From IMG/VR virus record IMGVR_UViG_3300021375_002698: a stretch of 64,000 nucleotides of DNA. One strand, 5' to 3'. This document shows positions 58,986 through 64,000 of the stretch, one piece after another (within the stretch, counting starts at the first letter, position 1; every line of letters begins with the position of its first letter). The translations under genes were made by a program, and so were the position numbers. The DNA is from a virus. The notes beneath the pieces are model-generated. The model saw only the letters and a program-made list of their open reading frames with translations. It did no database searches and was not told the DNA's origin.

Positions 58986-59730
58986 TTATTCTACTCCACA
59001 TTTCTTCTGTCATTGGAAAACAATTTATATCAGTTTCGCTTTCTTCTATTCCAAATCTAAGTCTTATTATTTTCTCTTCCTTTGAAGATAAAAGCTTCAA
59101 GCTGTTTTTGATAATACTTATAAGTTCTTTGTTTTCTAGATTTTTTTCAGGATTAATAAAAACACTGTTATCTTCTATTTTATTTATTAATGACTTTTTG
59201 TCTTCTTTTTCTTCATTGTTATCTAGATAAAACAAAGATTTATTCGCTTTAAGTGTGTACTTTATCTTTTTTAGGTTTTCGCCAGTTTCTTTAGATATTT
59301 CTTCTAAAGAGGGCGTATAACCTTTATTAGACTCACAAGATTTTATATAGCTTTTTATATTGTTATTTAGAATTCTAGAATGAGTTGGGACTTTAATACT
59401 AGTTTCGTTTTCGTTTATAAACTTTATGATTGCTTCTTTAATCCACCAAGTTGCGTAAGTACTAAACTTATAACCTAGTTCAGGATCAAATCTATCTACA
59501 GCTTTTATAAGCCCAGTGCTGCTTTCCTGAACTAAATCATTAAAATCAAAATTATTTCTATGATACTTTTTTGCAATAGATATAACAAGTCTATAATTAG
59601 ACTCAATCAGTTTTTTTCTTGCTAGCGAATTTCCTTTTTTAGCTTCTTTAGAAAGTTTAACTTCTTGTTCTTTTGTAAGTAGAGGATTTTTTTTTATAAT
59701 ATCTATAAAAGATCTGCTCAGTGAAGTCAT
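58960..59730 (-). CDS. Sigma70 (RpoD/RpoS-like) factor truncated after region 4.1
   Basis: LIESNYRLVISIAKKY, DLVQE, FDPELGYKFSTYATWWI, EEKIIRLRFGI. Confidence 0.9.
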   Translation of the reverse strand: MTSLSRSFIDIIKKNPLLTKEQEVKLSKEAKKGNSLARKKLIESNYRLVISIAKKYHRNNFDFNDLVQESSTGLIKAVDRFDPELGYKFSTYATWWIKEAIIKFINENETSIKVPTHSRILNNNIKSYIKSCESNKGYTPSLEEISKETGENLKKIKYTLKANKSLFYLDNNEEKEDKKSLINKIEDNSVFINPEKNLENKELISIIKNSLKLLSSKEEKIIRLRFGIEESETDINCFPMTEEMWSRINEEVRISK

Positions 59731-59763
59731 ATGATGCTCCTTCTTTGTTTAACTTTATTATAT

Positions 59764-59928
59764 TCATAAGTCAATTATTATTACACGTATTGACTCTTTT
59801 TCTTCTTTAGCTTCCACTTTTTGATTGAAGTATTTAGTATACTCCGGAATTTCTAATTGAATAAAAGGTCTTTCTTCACTTTCTTTTTTCGTGTATGCTT
59901 CTTGTAAGTGTTCAAATACAGGTTTCAT
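59764..59928 (-). CDS. Small protein ERPFIQLEIP ... RVIIIDL (start revised)
   Basis: AGGAG SD. Confidence 0.7.
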   Translation of the reverse strand: MKPVFEHLQEAYTKKESEERPFIQLEIPEYTKYFNQKVEAKEEKESIRVIIIDL

Positions 59929-59947
59929 ATATCTCCTAATGTGTATA

Positions 59948-61582
59948 TTAATACATATCATCTGATAATTGTACTAATTGTACGTCGTTTGAGTAGCTTT
60001 GATTATTTAATACTATACAACCTACAGACAATAAACTGTTTGCAACACTCGCAGCATTCTTTATTGCTGTAGTTGTAACTTTAAGCGGGTCTATAATACC
60101 TACATCAATCATATCAACATATTCTTCTGTTCTTACATTAAAGCCTCTATTCCAATCATGACTTTCTTTAATCATCTCGAAAATGTAATCAACAGGTTGA
60201 TCAGCATTTTTAAGAATTGTTTTTAATGGAGACATGCAAGCATCTGCTAATACTTTTATAACTGTCTTTTCAAGGAGTGATTCTTCGTTAGTGGCATCTT
60301 TTAAGAATTTAATCCCAGCTTTTGCTAAAGCAATTCCGCCACCCGGAAGAAATCCACTTTCAATAGCAGCTTTAGTGGCATGCAAAGCGTCATCTATTCT
60401 GTCAACAAGCTCAAGCAATTCAGACTCAGTGTTTGCGCCTATCGATAAAACAGCAACAACACCTTTATTGATAATTAGCCTTTGCTTTAAAAATGCCTCT
60501 TCTTCCTTAGAGAGATTTTTATCTTCAAGCTTTTTCTCTATAGAACTTGAGATATCTTTAGAGTCTTGACAAGAAGAACACTCAACAAATAGAGTAGTAT
60601 CATGAGTTGTTTCTATTTTTTTACAGCTTCCTAAATCTGATAGCACTAAATTGTTAATTTCTTCTTCATCAATATCATTGAAAACTTTTGTTCCTAATGC
60701 CTTTGATAAATCATTTAAAATCATGTTTCTTTTTTCACCATAAAAAGGTGCCCTGATTGCGCATATCTCTAAAAGACCTTTTGAAACGTTAGCTATTAAA
60801 GCTTGAATTGCTTCTTGATCATAGTCATTAGCAATTATAAACAAAGGCTTTTTAGACTGATGTGCTTTTTCAAGTATTGGTAAAATGTCTGTTAAGGATT
60901 TTAATTTACAAGACATCATTAAAACTAGAGGATCCTCTAATGAAACTTTAGACTTTTCATTGTCATTGATAAAGTATGGAGAAACATATCCTCTAGATAG
61001 CTTGATACCTCTAACTAGATTTAATTCTGTGTTTGTTGTCTTTGATTTTTCAACTGTTACTAAACCAGAAGAACCAACTTCAGACATTGCATTTGCAATT
61101 AAGTCACCAATATATTCATCACCATTAGCAGATATACAAGCAACCTGTTTAATCTCATCGTTAGATGAAACATTTTTTGCTTTAGACTCAAGAAATTTTA
61201 CAAGATCTTCAACTTTATCTGAAAGTATTGTTGTAAACTCTGAAGGTGAGCCTATTCCTGTTTGTAATGCTTGAGAAGATTTAAAGTATATTTCTTTAGC
61301 TAATACTGTAGAAGTTGTACTTCCATCACCCGCAACAGATGCAGTATTTTCGCTTGCTTGCTTTAAAAGATTTGCCCCTAGCGCTTCTACTCTATCAGGC
61401 AAATTTATATGTTTTGCAACAGTTGCGCCATCTTTTGTCAAATGAGGCGGTTCGTTATGTTTCTCAATAAGCACTAATTTACCTTTAGGTCCCATTGTAA
61501 TTGAAACTGCATCACATAATTGCTTAACGCCACTTTTAAGTAAACCTTGCGCTAAGCTGTTAAAATAAATAGTATCAGACAT
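59948..61582 (-). CDS. groEL: Phage GroEL-like chaperonin
   Basis: TMGPKG, TKDGATVA, AGDGSTT, RGYVSPYF, PGGG, GIIDP. Confidence 0.95.
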   Translation of the reverse strand: MSDTIYFNSLAQGLLKSGVKQLCDAVSITMGPKGKLVLIEKHNEPPHLTKDGATVAKHINLPDRVEALGANLLKQASENTASVAGDGSTTSTVLAKEIYFKSSQALQTGIGSPSEFTTILSDKVEDLVKFLESKAKNVSSNDEIKQVACISANGDEYIGDLIANAMSEVGSSGLVTVEKSKTTNTELNLVRGIKLSRGYVSPYFINDNEKSKVSLEDPLVLMMSCKLKSLTDILPILEKAHQSKKPLFIIANDYDQEAIQALIANVSKGLLEICAIRAPFYGEKRNMILNDLSKALGTKVFNDIDEEEINNLVLSDLGSCKKIETTHDTTLFVECSSCQDSKDISSSIEKKLEDKNLSKEEEAFLKQRLIINKGVVAVLSIGANTESELLELVDRIDDALHATKAAIESGFLPGGGIALAKAGIKFLKDATNEESLLEKTVIKVLADACMSPLKTILKNADQPVDYIFEMIKESHDWNRGFNVRTEEYVDMIDVGIIDPLKVTTTAIKNAASVANSLLSVGCIVLNNQSYSNDVQLVQLSDDMY

Positions 61583-61583
61583 A

Positions 61584-61793
61584 CTAACCTTTCAATAATT
61601 GTTTTTCACTCTTAGTTTCGTTGATTTGATTACTTTGATCTATTTTAATAGATATCATTCTTTTCTCATTTGAAATAATGTTTTTTGCAAAAAATAAATC
61701 ACCTACTTGAACAACTACTTCTTGTTCAGAAATAACATTTCTATCTCTCATGTTTTTTAGCATATTGCTATCTAATACTTTTTCAATTGACAT
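61584..61793 (-). CDS. Hypothetical protein
   Basis: GGAG SD. Confidence 0.65.
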   Translation of the reverse strand: MSIEKVLDSNMLKNMRDRNVISEQEVVVQVGDLFFAKNIISNEKRMISIKIDQSNQINETKSEKQLLKG

Positions 61794-62607
61794 TAATATT
61801 CTCCCATAAATTATCAAATGTTTTTGTAAATTTGTTCCATGACTTTTCTTTATCAGTCATGGAACTAAAATTATAATTTTCAAATATTCGCTTTAAATCG
61901 TTCCACTTGCTTTTCTTTGTTTCATTAAAGTAAGTTATATTTTCTACTTCACTTTTTAAATCATGAAGTCTTATCATCTCAATATTGTGATCAAGCTTTT
62001 CTCTATAACCTTCTGTTAATAAGAAATTGTCTAGTAAATTGTTATCTAAACACATTTTTTTAGCTTTTTTATCACCTATTCCTGAAAACCCTTTTATGTT
62101 GTCTGAGTCGTCACCTTTTAAAGCTTTCCAGAGTACATAATCATATTCAGCTTTTTCAAGATACATCTTTCTAACTGGATTGTACAATTTTATATTTTTA
62201 TCAATACATTGTATAAAGTCTGTGTCTGAAGATATTATTGTTACTTCATCGTTGACTTTATTATGCTTGTTTGCTAAATATCCAATAACATCATCACATT
62301 CATAGTCTTTATGTTTAACTAGAATAACTGGAAAAAATTCATTTAATATATTTATTATTTCATTTCTCTGAAAGTTGAAGTTATCATCATCGCTATATTT
62401 TCTTTGACCTTTATAATCAGGAGACATCTCTAGTCTTTTCTTAGGTCTACCCTCAAGTACTAAGTAAGCAATATCAGGACTCATTTTTTCAATTAGTGGT
62501 CTTAAGCTTCTAAAAAAATTAAATATAGTTGAATAATCACCTTTATTCATACCAGAGTATCTTGCTCTATAAAATAGATTATATCCATCAAGTAATAGAA
62601 TTTTCAT
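61783..62607 (-). CDS. 5'-3' exonuclease/flap endonuclease (PolI N-terminal or T4 RNase H-like)
   Basis: LLDGYN, YKGQR, ECDD, SSDTD, GDDSDNIKG..GIG. Confidence 0.9.
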   Translation of the reverse strand: MKILLLDGYNLFYRARYSGMNKGDYSTIFNFFRSLRPLIEKMSPDIAYLVLEGRPKKRLEMSPDYKGQRKYSDDDNFNFQRNEIINILNEFFPVILVKHKDYECDDVIGYLANKHNKVNDEVTIISSDTDFIQCIDKNIKLYNPVRKMYLEKAEYDYVLWKALKGDDSDNIKGFSGIGDKKAKKMCLDNNLLDNFLLTEGYREKLDHNIEMIRLHDLKSEVENITYFNETKKSKWNDLKRIFENYNFSSMTDKEKSWNKFTKTFDNLWENINVN

Positions 62608-63023
62608 GTTTTTTTTTCCATGTTTAAAGGATTAATGTTATTAATATCAATTTTACCAATTTGACCGTCACCTAAGTCTACTTTTATAATATCTTCTTCT
62701 AACACTTTGTTGTCTGTCAAGACATTAATTGTTTCTTTTGCTTTGAAAAACTTTTCCTCTAAGACTTCAGACGTATAAATCATACTTGAAATTGCGCTAT
62801 TTGCATTTTCTGTTAGCTTGCTTTTCACTTCTTTAATAGACTCATATATATTATCTAACTTTTCAATGCTAATGTTTGTTTTTTTACTGTTTGGAAGTTC
62901 TAATGTATATTTTATAGTTTCACCTTCTAAAGTTTTAGTAACAACTTGCTCTACAACTTTAACTGGTAGCACTTTATGTTTTTTTTCTAAGATTGTATAT
63001 AGTACTTGACCAACACTATACAT
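62604..63023 (-). CDS. Hypothetical protein
   Basis: GGAGG SD. Confidence 0.75.
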   Translation of the reverse strand: MYSVGQVLYTILEKKHKVLPVKVVEQVVTKTLEGETIKYTLELPNSKKTNISIEKLDNIYESIKEVKSKLTENANSAISSMIYTSEVLEEKFFKAKETINVLTDNKVLEEDIIKVDLGDGQIGKIDINNINPLNMEKKT

Positions 63024-63034
63024 ATCAACCTCCT

Positions 63035-63373
63035 TTATGTTAAGTTATTATTTGAATTTGTTGTTGTTTGTTTAGCTTTTTCTTTACTTTCTTCTATATC
63101 TTCTAAGCCTAAACCAACGCTTCTAATTTTATTATATGTTTCAATAGTAAGTCTTTCTTTTAAAACAGACATATTCGCATACATATGAACAGTTAAGTCT
63201 ACTTCTTGCTCAACTTCTTCTTTAATATCTCTAATTTCACACATAAAAAGTGCAGAAGGCATTAGTTTGTCTTCTGGAACTTTTACAAAAGGTAAACCTC
63301 TAGTTAAACCTTCTCCGTCCTCTTCGTAAAAAATTTCTGGAATCCACTTATCTATCATTTTTATCGCTTTCAT
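63035..63373 (-). CDS. Hypothetical protein
   Basis: ORF in operon. Confidence 0.7.
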   Translation of the reverse strand: MKAIKMIDKWIPEIFYEEDGEGLTRGLPFVKVPEDKLMPSALFMCEIRDIKEEVEQEVDLTVHMYANMSVLKERLTIETYNKIRSVGLGLEDIEESKEKAKQTTTNSNNNLT

Positions 63374-63632
63374 AATGTTTGTATTTTTCTTCTAACTTAA
63401 GTCTTATATTTGTTTCTTTATAATAATCTTCTATTAATTTTTTTTCATTATTGTTTAATGAATGCTTTTTTGTATAATGATGTCTAGTTGAAAAAAGTGT
63501 TCTAACTTCTGGGCTTGAGTATCTTAAGACATACTTTTTAACAAAAAGCCAGTTTTCCTCTTTATAATACTCACCTATTTCAAGCATTAAAGCTAAAATG
63601 TTTTTATACTTTTCTTCTTCTGTCTTAAACAT
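63348..63632 (-). CDS. Hypothetical protein
   Basis: AAGGA SD. Confidence 0.65.
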   Translation of the reverse strand: MFKTEEEKYKNILALMLEIGEYYKEENWLFVKKYVLRYSSPEVRTLFSTRHHYTKKHSLNNNEKKLIEDYYKETNIRLKLEEKYKHYESDKNDR

Positions 63633-63929
63633 TTACATCCTTATAGGTAGTAAAGGTGGTAATAATTCTATCTCTTTTATTTTATTATATACAGAATTGA
63701 AATTTTTTACAATTTTATAATTTATTTTATTTTCTATGTCATAAATACTATAATCATAAACTTCACTATTTAAATTATTTAAATAATTGCAAAGCTCTTT
63801 ACAAATATAGATAGATATGATATCATATTTTATTAAATTAAGTTTATAATCTAAAATCAACTCACTGTTTTCAACAATCATTGTATATAATTCTATAGAA
63901 TTATAATATTTTTTTTTATTTTTATACAC
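63633..63929 (-). CDS. Hypothetical protein
   Basis: ORF in operon. Confidence 0.5.
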   Translation of the reverse strand: MYKNKKKYYNSIELYTMIVENSELILDYKLNLIKYDIISIYICKELCNYLNNLNSEVYDYSIYDIENKINYKIVKNFNSVYNKIKEIELLPPLLPIRM

Positions 63930-64000
63930 AATTTTTTTATATATATTGACTTTTTTGTCTGAAAGAAGATCTTTAATCTTTAATGTTTTTTTTTCCTTTG

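Larger units (their letters stand above)
41580..59786 (-). promoter_or_regulatory. Minus-strand copies of GTGTAA-N17/18-TATAAT
   Basis: TTACAC at 41604, 42771, 43934, 44851, 45772, 59781, each with ATTATA 17-18 nt to the left. Confidence 0.85.

Noticed and set aside
58960-58990. Programmed frameshift fusing sigma to the HTH
   Set aside because: No obvious slippery site, and the HTH ORF has its own SD and ATG; not fully excluded
33642-63188. Short plus-strand ORFs inside minus-strand genes (e.g. 33642, 35431, 50487, 60234, 60885)
   Set aside because: Antisense to well-supported genes, with no SD or recognisable motifs
1-64000. Stop-codon reassignment
   Set aside because: Conserved genes are full length in the standard code, and TAA, TAG and TGA all end genes

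Overview
This is a 64-kb piece of a very AT-rich (roughly 25-30% GC by eye) large or jumbo tailed phage genome in the standard genetic code; no capsid or tail module lies in the window. Layout: minus-strand virion-type genes (1-2.0 kb), a plus-strand early region of about 90 small genes (2.2-33.3 kb), a convergent terminator at 33.4 kb, then minus-strand metabolism, replication and virion genes (ligase, AAA+/VWA pair, RadA-like ATPase, lytic transglycosylase, GMP reductase/IMPDH-purA-purB, tandem kinase, sigma factor, GroEL, 5'-3' exonuclease). About 35 copies of one promoter (GTGTAA-N17/18-TATAAT) punctuate the window. The early region is built from repeat-bounded gene cassettes in two compartments with different repeats, delimited by sharp C-rich to G-rich skew flips at about 2.14 kb and 11.95 kb. 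Main leads: (1) a lipoprotein with a giant symmetric proline-free Ser/Thr beta-hairpin and an aerolysin-like tip; (2) the cassette arrays, whose repeats supply stop codons to upstream ORFs; (3) a sigma70 lacking region 4.2, followed by an overlapping stand-alone region-4.2-like HTH gene; (4) a probable GMP-to-AMP conversion operon plus tRNAs for AAA, AGA and possibly AUA, which with myxobacteria-like surface proteins suggests a GC-rich (Myxococcota-like) host; (5) a five-member early paralog family. All protein calls come from motif recognition by eye; no database search was run.
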